NCBI GenBank assembly: GCA_950097015.1
Contig: CATNEN010000039.1
Span: forward strand, 3,968,001-4,032,000
Reading direction: 5' to 3'
Source: Macrostomum hystrix
Taxonomy: Eukaryota; Animalia; Platyhelminthes
Length of the DNA: 64,000 nt
The position numbers and the translations under genes are program-made. Within the stretch, counting starts at the first letter, position 1, and every line of letters starts with the position of its first letter. The notes under the pieces were generated by a model that searched no databases, was not told the origin of the DNA, and was given only the letters and a program-made list of their open reading frames with translations. Positions 13,691-26,452 of the stretch are shown here, one piece after another.

Positions 13691-14117
13691 AAATTACAGT
13701 CATTGCAGTTTGCCGGTGTCTTTAAGTGCTAACTTATTATTTAAGCTTATCCACCTACGCACACGAAAGCGTTAATCAGGTCTCAAGGGATTAAAAGCCT
13801 AAAATTAAAATTTCCGAGAATACAAACAAAAAGCACTAACTGCATGCATGCTAGCGCTAGGTTCAGTGCTGCATGCACATTGGCTATGCAGTTGGTAGCA
13901 AAATTAGATTTTCATAGTTTACATTTTCCGTCTTATAGCGGCTCAAAGTGTTAATAATATGGCTATTTTTCTTAGTACTTTTGCAGCAATTCTCCAAACT
14001 TCATCCAAACATCAATCCGCAAACTGGTGTTTGCACTTGCACTTTGCCCTTCCCACTGTCCACGGACTGGAAAACTGTACACGGCTTACAATTCATCAGA
14101 GCATCATGACATGAACA

Positions 14118-14537
14118 CCAGCTTCCAGTTCCTCAGAGCTTCCAGTTCCTCGGAGCATCATCCATCCAGCTTCCAGTTCCTCGGAGCATCATCCATCCAG
14201 CTTCCAGTTCCTCGGAGCATCATCCATCCAGCTTCCAGTTCCTCGGAGCATCATCCATCCAGCTTCCAGTTCCTCGGAGCATCATCCATCCAGCTTCCAG
14301 TTCCTCAGAGCATCATCCATCCAGCTTCCAGTTCCTCAGAGCAACATCCATCCAGCTTCCAGTTCCTCAGAGCAACATCCATCCAGCTTCCAGTTCCTCA
14401 GAGCAACATCCATCCAGCTTCCAGTTCCTCAGAGCAACATCCATCCAGCTTCCAGTTCCTCAGAGCAACATCCATCCAGCTTCCAGCTCCTCAGAGCAAC
14501 ATCCATCCAGCTTCCAGTTCCTCAGAGCAACATCCAT
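14118..14537. repeat. Minisatellite, 31-bp unit (TTCCAGTTCCTCAGAGCAACATCCATCCAGC)
   Basis: About 13 copies with a polar change from CGGAGCATC to CAGAGCAAC variants; abuts a GTAAGT donor on the minus strand at about 14549. Confidence 0.95.
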
Positions 14538-15237
14538 TTAGCTACTTACCAATCGACGCGCGCTCATCTTGAGTTGGAATCGGTGTCGCAGATGTCGCAC
14601 AATCATGCAGTTTGTACTACTCGGCCTGATACTTCGGCGCCGCGATAGCTGGCGGTCTTTGATAGCGAGCTGGCGCCGCAGTTCGAAATTCAGTCTGACT
14701 GGCGGCCTTGCAAGAATCTTGCAGCTATTAGTTCCTCAAAATCAGTGGCGCTTTGAGTCCGAGCGGCGCTGGCTGGTTGGTCCTGGCCCAGAGGTGCTGT
14801 CCTGCTCCACTCAGGGGTTGGGAATGGGTTACGGGGCGGAAACGGAGATTGGGGAGGGGCTAAGGTAAGTCGTCCTGAGGAGTTTAGCGGAGGATTGGGC
14901 AGGGAATCAGATTAAACCGCAGTCCTGACGCTGTCTGTGCCACTCGCTTGAATTCCTGCCCTCTCCCTGCAAAGTCCCTCTCTCTCCCTCATTAACAAGC
15001 TAATAGTTTGGCTTTGCCATCGTCGAGTCTGTCATCAAAACGCGCGCCCAACAACAGTTACAGGGTCCAGTTTCTTGCTAGACAAGTCCAATGGAGCAGG
15101 CAACTGACAGGCCTCACAGGCATGCGGATTCGCTTTGCCTTTGGCGATCTCAATGCACTTTTTTGTTTACAAGAATACTGAATGCAGTTAGTGCTGGATT
15201 CATCAATGAATGATTGAACTCGCCTACCAATCAAAAT

Positions 15238-15345
15238 AAATGACACTCACCTGTCATGCAGCACAAATGACACTCACCTGTCATGCAGCACAAATGACAC
15301 CTGTCATTCAACGCAGATGACACCTGTCATTCAACGCAGATGACA
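15238..15345. repeat. Short tandem duplications (AAATGACACTCACCTGTCATGCAGCAC-type)
   Basis: Two pairs of related 22-27 bp units. Confidence 0.7.
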
Positions 15346-16124
15346 CTCCCCTTACGTACAGGACCTTTACAAGACCTCTACTTGAGAGGCAGCAGTTGCA
15401 TTTTGACTGTCGAGTCTGGCCGTCTTTGGCACAAACTCAAGCAACGCTACTCAAAAAAGCCCATACTTAGTCTACAAACTAAGACAGACTTGGGATTCAG
15501 CATCACAAGACTATCGCATCACAGCCACAGCTGCTTTATCGGGTTGCAGTTTTCCAGTCGCTAATTAGTAATTATAGATATTACGCAATGTCCAGGCACG
15601 GAGTAATATGCTAATAGTAATTTCGCTTCGCTCACAATAGTTAAAAGACGGATTTGCAATTGGGGATTTTGCTTAGCTTTGTTGCACCTGGGAATAAATT
15701 AGCATTTTGCTGGACAGCGGAGGTGGTTTGCGCTTATAATAATGACTTATACGCATTGACCCACGTGACTATCTAAAGACAATGTACAGATAGAGATGTT
15801 CCGTTTGTATGTTTAACCATAATAAACTCTTGGTTTCTTCTCGAACCAAATAGAATGTGGTTTTCTCATACAAGCAACTGAACCTTTGCAAGATTTACTC
15901 TGAATCTGTGCTTCTCTATCTTGCTTCCTTTAGGATATCGCTGATATCACATCAGGATATTTCGATATCAGGATATGGCTGATATTCAATCGTAATTATT
16001 GAAACAAGTTTATTGCTCTCATTAAAAAAATTAATCTGAGAGCCTGAAGGTATGGTAAAGACAGAAAAAAATATAAATATATCTACGAGTTGATAATGTC
16101 CATCGGACAAGCGAATAATAATCG

Positions 16125-16680
16125 GATAGTCTATGGCCGGATAGTAACCGGATTGTCTATGGCAGTTTAATAACTGGATTGTCTATGGCAGGATAATAAC
16201 TGGATTGTCTATGGCCGGATAGTAACCGGATTGTCTATGGCCGGATAGTAACCGGATCGTCTATGGCAGGCAAGATAGTAACCGGATTGTCTATGGCAGG
16301 ATAATAACTGGATTGTCTATGGCAGGATAATAACTGGATTGTCTATGGCCGGATAGTAACCGGATCGTCTATGGCAGGCAAGATAGTAACCGGATTGTCT
16401 ATGGCAGGATAATAACTGGATTGTCTATGGCAGGATAATAACTGGATTGTCTATGGCCGGATAGTAACCGGATTGTCTATGGCCGGATAGTAACCGGATT
16501 GTCTATGGCAGGCAAGATAGTAACCGGATTGTCTATGGCAGGATAATAACCGGATTGTCTATGACCGGATAGTAACCGGATTGTCTATGGCCGGATAGTA
16601 ACCGGATTGTCTATGGCCGGATAGTAATGGCAGGATAATAATTGGATAATCTGAGGCAGGATAACCGGGTTTTCTATAAC
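16125..16680. repeat. Minisatellite, 26-bp unit (GGATAGTAACCGGATTGTCTATGGCC)
   Basis: About 20 copies with a recurring GGCAA insertion variant. Confidence 0.93.
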
Positions 16681-17411
16681 AGGATAATAGCTAGATGGTC
16701 GATGGCTGAACAATAACCAGAATACCAATCATGGGTTTAAAGCCGGATTGTCTATGGCCGGACATAATTTGATGGCAGCAGTCGAAGAAAAATACTGGCC
16801 TATATCAAGCAAGAATCACTTATAAAAGAATGGAAAGATTCCTTCGTCACCTACTGAAGCAGCAGCAGTTCGCTGTTCTTGTATTTTCTTGTCACGCAAG
16901 CCAGAAATTTGAAGTGAGAGGTGATCAAGAAGCTGGCTTCCGTTGTGTGCTTTGTTTTGTGTTTTTCTAGCACCAGTCTTTTTTACTGAAAAGGTGCGAG
17001 TAATTAAATGGAATCCGAAGGACAAGCAGATTTCCTTTGGCTTTTGCGTGTTCCTGAGTCTGGTGCTGAGGCCACCCTAAGCTCCTTGTGATTTCCCAGC
17101 GGGGCTAAATAATCCGCTCTGTTTGGGCCTCTTTAATCCCAACGAGCCATGCGGGAGACTATTAATCCCAACTTTTCAGGACCCACGATGAGGCTGACGG
17201 GAGGCTGGCTTGATTGCTTCTGTTAGGAAGAAGGTTAAAATTAATTGCGCGATTGTCCACTGCCAGACAGTTGAGATGAAAGTGTGGGAGCCGAGATGCG
17301 GCTAAGCTGAAGTTTCGGAAGCTACTCAACCTGCTCAGCATCGCTGGGGTGAGCAGCATTTCTTATGAACCTTCAAGGAAACTGGAAACTGGAATCCTGA
17401 TTCGTGGTACA

Positions 17412-18128
17412 AGATTCACCCCTGACAACTCATTCACCCCAACCCAGATTCACACCTGACAACTCATTCACCCCAACCCAGATTCACACCTGACAACTCA
17501 TTCACCCCAACCCAGATTCACACCTGACAACTCATTCACCCCAACCCAGATTCACACCTGACAACTCATTCACCCCAACCCAGATTCACACCTGACAACT
17601 CATTCACCCCAACCCAGATTCACACCTGACAACTCATTCACCCCAACCCAGATTCACACCTGACAACTCATTCACCCAACCCAGATTCACACCTGACAAC
17701 TCATTCACCCAACCCAGATTCACACCTGACATCTCATTCACCCAACCCAGATTCACACCTGACAACTCATTCACCCAACCCAGATTCACACCTGACAACT
17801 CATTCACCCCAACCCAGATTCACACCTGACAACTCATTCACCCCAACCCAGATTCACACCTGACAACTCATTCACCCCAACCCAGATTCACACCTGACAA
17901 CTCATTCACCCCAACCCAGATTCACACCTGACAACTCATTCACCCCAACCCAGATTCACACCTGACAACTCATTCACCCCAACCCAGATTCACACCTGAC
18001 AACTCATTCACCCAACCCAGATTCACACCTGACAACTCATTCACCCAACCCAGATTCACACCTGACATCTCATTCACCCAACCCAGATTCACACCTGACA
18101 ACTCATTCACCCCAACCCAAATTCACAC
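17412..18128. repeat. Minisatellite, 33/34-bp unit (CCTGACAACTCATTCACCCCAACCCAGATTCACA)
   Basis: About 21 near-identical copies. Confidence 0.95.
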
Positions 18129-18884
18129 CAAGGAATCTCTTCCCCTCATGCAAATTCTCGTGCTAGCTTTTTCCATGTCACCACGGCGAGATGCTTGAGA
18201 AGCTTTCAGACTGTCATATCCCATACTAGCTACTTACAGGCTTTTTTAAGTAGTGCAGTAGAACATTTCAAGCGAGAAATTTTTTTGAGGGCAGAAGCCT
18301 AGTAGTTCGAGCCCTTATGGAAACAATTTGTGTACATATGAGCAGCCCACTTAATTATCGAGTGGTTCAGCTGTAAAATGGCAAACCGGTAGAAATCAGG
18401 GTGGCTGCTGCAGCCATTACTGGTACACAGAGTGAAGAGTTGTACACAGCTTTTGGAGTGATGTGTGAATTGTCTAAATTGTATTGCGCAATATTCAAAC
18501 TTAACTCTAAAAGTTATTTCATATTTTAAATATTTTTTCCGACAGTTTAAGTACAAGAAACAACAAAGAGAAGTCTATAAGGAAAAGCAGCAAAAATACA
18601 AAAAAACAAGAGAGTCGAAGATAAAAGACAGGCTGGCAAAAGCCTTCAATCGTCAAAGCAATCCCATCACTCGAATGCAGAGCTGATAAGAGACTAATTC
18701 GCTTGACGATTAGCTGACAGCAATGACCAGTTGATTCGAATTAAACAGTTCATGCGTAGTTTGATGCTGCCTTTCGTAGTGATTTTGATTTGTTTACAGC
18801 GAGACTTCCAAGCCCCATGTGACCTGACTTCCGCTGTGCTCAGTAACGAAACCTGAATGAGCACCTGGTTGAAGGAGTTTTATT

Positions 18885-21800
18885 TTAACAGTAATTTCCC
18901 ACCACGTCCTCAGTTTCACAGATATTACCCACCAGCACCTCAGTTTAAAAGTCATTACCCACCAGCACCTCAGTTTAAAAGTCATTACCCCCCAGCTCAT
19001 CAGTTTAGAAGTCATTACCCACCAGCTCCTCAGTTTAAAAGTCATTACCCACCAGCACCTCAGTTTAAAAGTCATTACCCCCAGCTCATCAGTTTAACAG
19101 TCATTACCCACCAGCACCTCAGTTTAAAAGTCATTACCCACCAGCTCATCAGTTTAACAGTCATTACCCACCAGCACCTCAGTTTAAAAGTCATTACCCA
19201 CCAGCTCCTCAGTTTAGAAGTCATTACCCACCAGCACCTCAGTTTAGAAGTCATTACCCACCAGCTCCTCAGTTTAGAAGTCATTACCCACCAGCTCCTC
19301 AGTTTAGAAGTCATTACCCACCAGCACCTCAGTTTAAAAGTCATTACCCCCCAGCTCATCAGTTTAGAAGTCATTACCCACCAGCTCCTCAGTTTAAAAG
19401 TCATTACCCACCAGCTCATTAGTTTAAAAGTCATTACCCACCAGCTCATCAGTTTAAAAGTCATTTCCCACCAGCTCCTCAGTTTAACAGTAATTACCCA
19501 CCAGCTTCTCAGTTTAAAAGTCATTACCCACCAGCTCATTAGTTTAAAAGTCATTACCCACCAACTCCTCAGTTAAAAGTCATTACCCACCAGCTCATCA
19601 GTTTAAAAGTCATTACCCACCAGCACCTCAGTTTAAAAGTCATTACCCCCTAGCTCATCAGTTTAACAGTCATTACCCACCAGCACCTCAGTTTAAAAGT
19701 CATTACCCACCAGCTCATCAGTTTAACAGTCATTACCCACCAGCACCTCAGTTTAAAAGTCATTACCCACCAGCACCTCAGTTTAAAAGTCATTACCCCC
19801 CAGCTCATCAGTTTAGAAGTCATTACCCACTAGCTCATCAGTTTAAAAGTCATTTCCCACCAGCTCCTCAGTTTAACAGTAATTACCCACCAGCTTCTCA
19901 GTTTAAAAGTCATTACCCACCAGCTCATTAGTTTAAAAGTCATTACCCACCAACTCCTCAGTTTAAAAGTCATTACCCACCAGCTCATCAGTTTAAAAGT
20001 CATTACCCACCAGCTCATCAGTTTAAAAGTCATTACCCACCAGCTCCTCAATTCAACAGTCATTACCCACCAGCTCCTCAATACAACAGTCATTACCCAC
20101 CAGCTCCTCAATACAACAGTCATTTCCCACCAGCTCCTCAATACAACAGTCATTACCCACCAGCTCCTCAATTCAACAGTCATTTCCCACCAGCTCCTCA
20201 ATTCAACAGTCATTACCCACCAGCTCCTCAATACAACAGTCATTACTCACCAGCTCCTCAATACAACAGTCATTACCCACCAGCTCCTCAATTCAACAGT
20301 CATTACCCACCAGCTCCTCAATTCAACAGTCATTACCCACCAGCTCCTCAATACAACAGTCATTACTCACCAGCTCCTCAATACAACAGTCATTACCCAC
20401 CAGCTCCTCAATACAACAGTCATTACCCACCAGCTCCTCAATTCAACAGTCATTTCCCACCAGCTCCTCAATACAACAGTCATTACCCACCAGCTCCTCA
20501 ATACAACAGTCATTACCCACCAGCTCCTCAATACAACAGTCATTACCCACCAGCTCCTCAATACAACAGTCATTTCCCACCAGCTCCTCAATACAACAGT
20601 CATTTCCCACCAGCTCCTCAATACAACAGTCATTTCCCACCAGCTCCTCAATACAACAGTCATTTCCCACCAGCTCCTCAATACAACAGTCATTTCCCAC
20701 CAGCTCCTCAATACAACAGTCATTTCCCACCAGCTCCTCAATTCAACAGTCATTACCCACCAGCTCCTCAATTCAACAGTCATTACCCACCAGCTCCTCA
20801 ATACAACAGTCATTACTCACCAGCTCCTCAATACAACAGTCATTTCCCACCAGCTCCTCAATACAACAGTCATTACCCACCAGCTCCTCAATTCAACAGT
20901 CATTTCCCACCAGCTCCTCAATACAACAGTCATTACCCACCAGCTCCTCAATACAACAGTCATTACCCACCAGCTCCTCAATTCAACAGTCATTACCCAC
21001 CAGCTCCTCAATACAACAGTCATTACCCACCAGCTCCTCAATACAACAGTCATTTCCCACCAGCTCCTCAATACAACAGTCATTACCCACCAGCTCCTCA
21101 ATTCAACAGTCATTTCCCACCAGCTCCTCAATTCAACAGTCATTACCCACCAGCTCCTCAATACAACAGTCATTACTCACCAGCTCCTCAATACAACAGT
21201 CATTACCCACCAGCTCCTCAATTCAACAGTCATTACCCACCAGCTCCTCAATTCAACAGTCATTACCCACCAGCTCCTCAATACAACAGTCATTACTCAC
21301 CAGCTCCTCAATACAACAGTCATTACCCACCAGCTCCTCAATACAACAGTCATTACCCACCAGCTCCTCAATTCAACAGTCATTTCCCACCAGCTCCTCA
21401 ATACAACAGTCATTACCCACCAGCTCCTCAATACAACAGTCATTACCCACCAGCTCCTCAATTCAACAGTCATTACCCACCAGCTCCTCAATACAACAGT
21501 CATTTCCCACCAGCTCCTCAATACAACAGTCATTTCCCACCAGCTCCTCAATACAACAGTCATTTCCCACCAGCTCCTCAATACAACAGTCATTTCCCAC
21601 CAGCTCCTCAATACAACAGTCATTTCCCACCAGCTCCTCAATACAACAGTCATTACCCACCAGCTCCTCAATTCAACAGTCATTACCCACCAGCTCCTCA
21701 ATTCAACAGTCATTACCCACCAGCTCCTCAATACAACAGTCATTACTCACCAGCTCCTCAATACAACAGTCATTTCCCACCAGCTCCTCAATACAACAGT

Positions 21801-22148
21801 CATTACCCACCAGCTCCTCAATTCAACAGTCATTTCCCACCAGCTCCTCAATACAACAGTCATTACCCACCAGCTCCTCAATACAACAGTCATTACCCAC
21901 CAGCTCCTCAATACAACAGTCATTACCCACCAGCTCCTCAATACAACAGTCATTTCCCACCAGCTCCTCAATACAACAGTCATTTCCCACCAGCTCCTCA
22001 ATACAACAGTCATTTCCCACCAGCTCCTCAATACAACAGTCATTTCCCACCAGCTCCTCAATACAACAGTCATTTCCCACCAGCTCCTCAATACAACAGT
22101 CATTTCCCACCAGCTCCTCAATACAACAGTCATTTCCCACCAGCTCCT
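18885..22148. repeat. 3.3 kb minisatellite, 30-bp unit (CAGCTCCTCAATACAACAGTCATTACCCAC), with two sub-types
   Basis: About 108 copies; the left type has CAGTTTAAAAG and the right type has CAATA/TCAACAG, switching at about 20050. Confidence 0.97.
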
Positions 22149-22248
22149 AAGGCAAAAATGTCTGTGGCATGGGATAGTCTGTGCCCAAGTCTCTCTCTTT
22201 TGGCATCTCTCAAGCGCTGTCATTGGTTGAGCAGATCGGAGGACGCAG

Positions 22249-22260
22249 GCCCTATTTAAT
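22249..22260 (+). promoter_or_regulatory. Possible TATA-like box of the GPCR gene
   Basis: CCTATTTAA upstream of a putative 5'UTR intron (GTGAGT at about 22360 to TTTCAG at about 22546) and ATG 22580. Confidence 0.3.
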
Positions 22261-22579
22261 TAAGACTCGCTGCATCATGAAGTTATAAAACTCTCAATGC
22301 CCTATTGAAAATCTAGCCATAGCAGAGTGTCAGTCATTTGCCAGACTTTAATTTCAACTGTGAGTGCTGTTTTCGTGTTCCCTTTCTAAACACAATTTTT
22401 CTGTGCTTGTTCAATAGTTCGACTAGACCCTTCATTTTGTCTGCGTTAATTACTGATATAGTTAGTAACTGGGCCAGTTACTAAATTCTGATTGATAGAG
22501 AGATAGAAAATAATTTGTTTCTAAACTTCCGAACTCTGAATTTCAGACATTTCAGTGAAACTTTATCAATAAATGTCAG

Positions 22580-25412
22580 ATGTCGGTAAGTAACGTCGAA
22601 AGAGACATAAACACCTCGATGTTGTCGGCGGGAGACGAACAGCAGCAGCAGCAGCAGCAGCAGGGCATGCACCTGGCCACCACCGTTATGGCCTTCTACC
22701 TGACCGGCTGCTTGTCCGTCTTCGGCATCATCGGCAACTCGCTGTCGCTGGTGGTGCTGCAGCAGGCCAACAGGCAGCGCCGGTGCCCCCTGTTCACCAT
22801 CCTGTCCGCACTGTGCGTTGTGGACGCCGTGTTCATCATGGCCAATTTTCTAGTCAATGTGCTCGGAGTATTCTTCGAGTACCATCAGGTGAGGGGCTGA
22901 GCGGTTAACACGTTTGCCTCTCGTGCCAAGGTCCCTGAGCTCGATTCCGCGGCGAGGCCACACTCATTTGGCTTGGGGGCTTGTCGTGAAGTTCACGCCC
23001 TTAAAGGCAAACCTCCAAGGGCAAAGTCAAAGGGCAGGTGTACTCACCTGTGTGCGTGTGTGCTCAGGAGCGAGCGGAATTGGCAGAATTGCCTCCCCGC
23101 AGGTTGCGGGTCTAGTGTCACCAAATGATGTGCTATTACCCACAGCCTTATCAATTATTATTATTCTTATCAGGTGAGATTCTTATAATCAGGTGAGATA
23201 AATTAGATCAAATTAGTCCTAGCTTAGTGACTCAACTTCCTAGGCGGTTGGGGTTAAAACGGAGAGAAGATACTTTACGCAGGCACATAATCAATCCGGT
23301 GTGCAGTGTACACACTTTCTCATCGCCGGGCAGATACACATTCACTGGGCCTGTGCCTCAAATAAATGTGGCTTCGTTCCGGAATCGAACTTATGGACCT
23401 TGGCGCGAGAGGCTAACGCCCCCCTAACTATAACCTAATGCTAGCCCTAACTGTTACCCTAATGCTAGCCCTAACTGCTACCCTAATGCTAACCCTAACT
23501 GTTACCCTAATGCTAGCCCTAACTGTTACCCTAATGCTAGCCCTAACTGCTACCCTAATGCTAACCCTAACTGTTACCCTAATGCTAGCCCTAACTGCTA
23601 CCCTAATGCTAACCCTAACTGTAACCTAATGCTAGCCCTAACTGCTACCCTGCTAGCCCTAACTGCTACCCTAATGCTAGCCCTAACTGCTACCCTAATG
23701 CTAGCTCTAACTGGTAACCTAATGCTAGCCCTAACTGCTACCCTAATGCTAGCCCTAACTGCTACCCTAATGCTAACCCTAACTGTAACCTAATGCTAAC
23801 CCTAACTGCTACCCTAATGCTAACCCTAACTGTAACCCTAATGCTAGCCCTAACTGGTAACCTAATGCTAGCCCTAACTGCTACCCTAATGCTAGCCCTA
23901 ACTGCTACCCTAATGCTAGCCCTAACTACTACCCTAATGCTAACCCTAACTGCTACCCTAATGCTAACCCTAACTGCTACCCTAATGCTAGCCCTAACTG
24001 GTAACCTAATGCTAGCCCTAACTGGTAACCTAGTGCCAGCCCTAACTGTAACCCTAATGCTAGTCCTAACTGTAACCCTAATGCTAGTCCTAACTGTAAC
24101 CTAATGCTAGTCCTAACTGTAACCTAATGCTAGTCCTAACTGTAACCTAATGAACCATAACTGTAACCCTAATGCCAGCCTCCAAGACTTCCCATTGCGG
24201 CCGGCGCCTTAAATTAACCTCGCCTCAAGTTGCACAGCCAATCAATCACAATCGATAATTCTCTTCCCGAATCCCCAGGTGGGCAGTCAGCCGCTGTACT
24301 ACCTGTACCGGACCCGCGGCTACGCTGTGAAGTACGTGATGCCCATCTGCTACACAATGCAGCTGTCCTCGATCTACATCACCCTGCTCGTGTCATTCGA
24401 GCGCTACTGCACCGTCTGCAGGCCGTTGACCGCGGCGCTGGACGAGCCGCCCTCCAGTAGGACGGTGGTTCGAAACCTTCTATTAGTGGTGCTATTTAGC
24501 GCAATTTACAATGTGCCAAAGTATTTCGAACTGGTGGTGGTGGCCAAGCCGCTGGGCAGCGAGCAGTCCGACCCGGAGCGCCAGTGGCAGCTCATTAACC
24601 GAACAATGGAGCTATTCGGATGTGACAAGGTGCCTCAATTGTGATTTCCTGGATTGATAGCTCACGATAAGCAAATACTCGCAGTTCCCATTGTACTTTA
24701 TGGAGCCAGTCAGAAGAACCCACTAAGTAGACTAACTAGATGCATTTACCAACATTTATGTTAGCAGGCCAGTTCAAACTGCGCGCCCTTAAAGTACACC
24801 TACGAGCCGGCCCCGTGGCTAATCGCCACCGCTGGCGCATCCACCCAGGACGGGAATCGAACCACGGCCGGCACCGCGAGCCTGTACGAGATTGCCTACA
24901 ATGGCGTGATGTACACTGTGTTCTACTTTGTCGCCCCGGTGTCGGCCATCACCGTCATGAATTTGCGCATCGCCGCGTCGCTTCGACGCAGCGTCAAAGC
25001 CTGGCGTCGAAGCGTCAGCCGACGCTATGAAAAGGAGGCCCAGTTGACGTACGTCTCACTGGCCATTGTGCTCTGCTACTACCTGCTGATGCTGCCAAAC
25101 GTCACCCTGACAGCGCTGGATGTTCTTGGCAAGTCGCGTCACGAAGAGCGGAGCGCCATGCAGCTGACCATCGCCACCACCAACTTCCTGGTGCTCATCA
25201 ACTCCTGCCTGAACTTCCTGCTCTACTGCGTCATCGGCGAACGTTTCCGGGCCGGCCTGCGGCAGCTGCTCGCCTGCCGGGGAGGCACCGGCGCGGGTCG
25301 ACGCCGAGACGAACTGCCGCCCGTGACGGCAGGTGGACGACGTAGGCGACAAGCGAATGGTGCCGCCTGCGTCGAGGTCCAGGAGAGAGCCATGCGCGTG
25401 ACTGTTGTCTGA
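22580..25412 (+). CDS. Rhodopsin-class neuropeptide GPCR, FMRFamide/myosuppressin/sex-peptide-receptor-like (about 434 aa)
   Basis: Exons 22580-22888, 24279-24629, 24768-25412 (phase 0, GT-AG). Motifs [39 protein letters not shown] and [11 protein letters not shown] (NFxxY variant typical of this clade); N-terminal polyQ. Confidence 0.92.
22897..23170 (+). mobile_element. tRNA-derived SINE copy (internally deleted) at the very start of GPCR intron 1
   Basis: GAGCGGTTAACACGTTTGCCTCTCGTGCCAAGGTCCCTGAGCTCGATTCC..GTCACCAAATGATGTG..(TTA)n. Confidence 0.85.
23420..24178. repeat. Telomere-like 24-bp minisatellite (CCCTAATGCTAGCCCTAACTGCTA) in GPCR intron 1
   Basis: About 31 copies; each unit has two CCCTAA hexamers alternating with variant hexamers. 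Confidence 0.92.
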
Positions 25413-26179
25413 TTAGCTGAGGCCACTGTTACGTGATTTGGTCGAGGGGCACAGGCCCACTGCATGTTCTAAAAATAGCAACAAGACGAGCCTAAGAGCC
25501 TCATTTATTCGCATCATATTTTTTTTATTAGATACTATGTTCGGTAATACTCCCAAGGACCACTAGTATAGTACTTTAGTAGCTTCATAAATACAGGCTA
25601 AACAACTTACTACTTATTAGTTTCGCACGTCAGTCAAAGTCGCGATAGTGACGTCACAATTTATGTCAGAAAAGTTTTGGTTGGTGTGCTTACTTGCTCG
25701 TTTCTTCGCTTGATAAAATATCAAACTTCCACTGAGCCGCATTGGTCGCAGATCATGGAAGCAATTCGTCTCTTCTAAAAGTGCAAGCTAAATATCCTGC
25801 TTTGCATCCGAGCCTACACGAGAATTCTAAGAATTCTGGTCCCATTTCCCAACCTTCATTACCAAATTCATTTTTGGCCGCAAGAAACCCCACAAGCCAT
25901 GAGTAAGCTTTATGAAGCTGAGTTTGCAGTTCCTTACTGGTTCCTTCCTTATTGCAATAGGTCCTTCGAAAAATCTAGCCACCTCATCACATGCTGTCTC
26001 TGCTAGAACTTCAAACAAAAACCAATTAGCGCCCGATGCTCTGCAGGAACAATTCAAACCGACTCAACTGAGTTAGTGAGCCACTGACTGTGCTCAAGTA
26101 CCAAAATTATCCGTTGGGTTAGCGGGAAGCTCAGATATAATTTGATGAACTTGGTGCACTTCTCCCACTAGTGCGGAAG

Positions 26180-26452
26180 CTAGAATGTAGCCTGAGGGAT
26201 GAGCTGAATGGAGCCTGAGGGATGAGCTGAATGAAGCCTGAGGGATGAGCTGAATGTAGCCTGAGGGATGAGCTGAATGGAGCCTGAGGGATGAGCTGAA
26301 TAGAGCCTGAGGGATGAGCTGAATGGAGCCTGAGGGATGAGCTGAATGTAGCCTGAGGGATAAGCTGAATGAAGCCTGAGGGATGAGCCGAATGAAGCCT
26401 GAGGGATGAGCTGAATGTAGCCTGAGGGATGAGTTGAATGGAGCCTGAGGGA
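26180..26452. repeat. Minisatellite, 23-bp unit (GAATGTAGCCTGAGGGATGAGCT)
   Basis: About 12 copies. Confidence 0.93.

Noticed and set aside
16800-17400. Possible retroelement 5' region or gene fragment on the minus strand
   Set aside because: GC-richer, but no recognisable protein motif, TSD or terminal structure could be supported.
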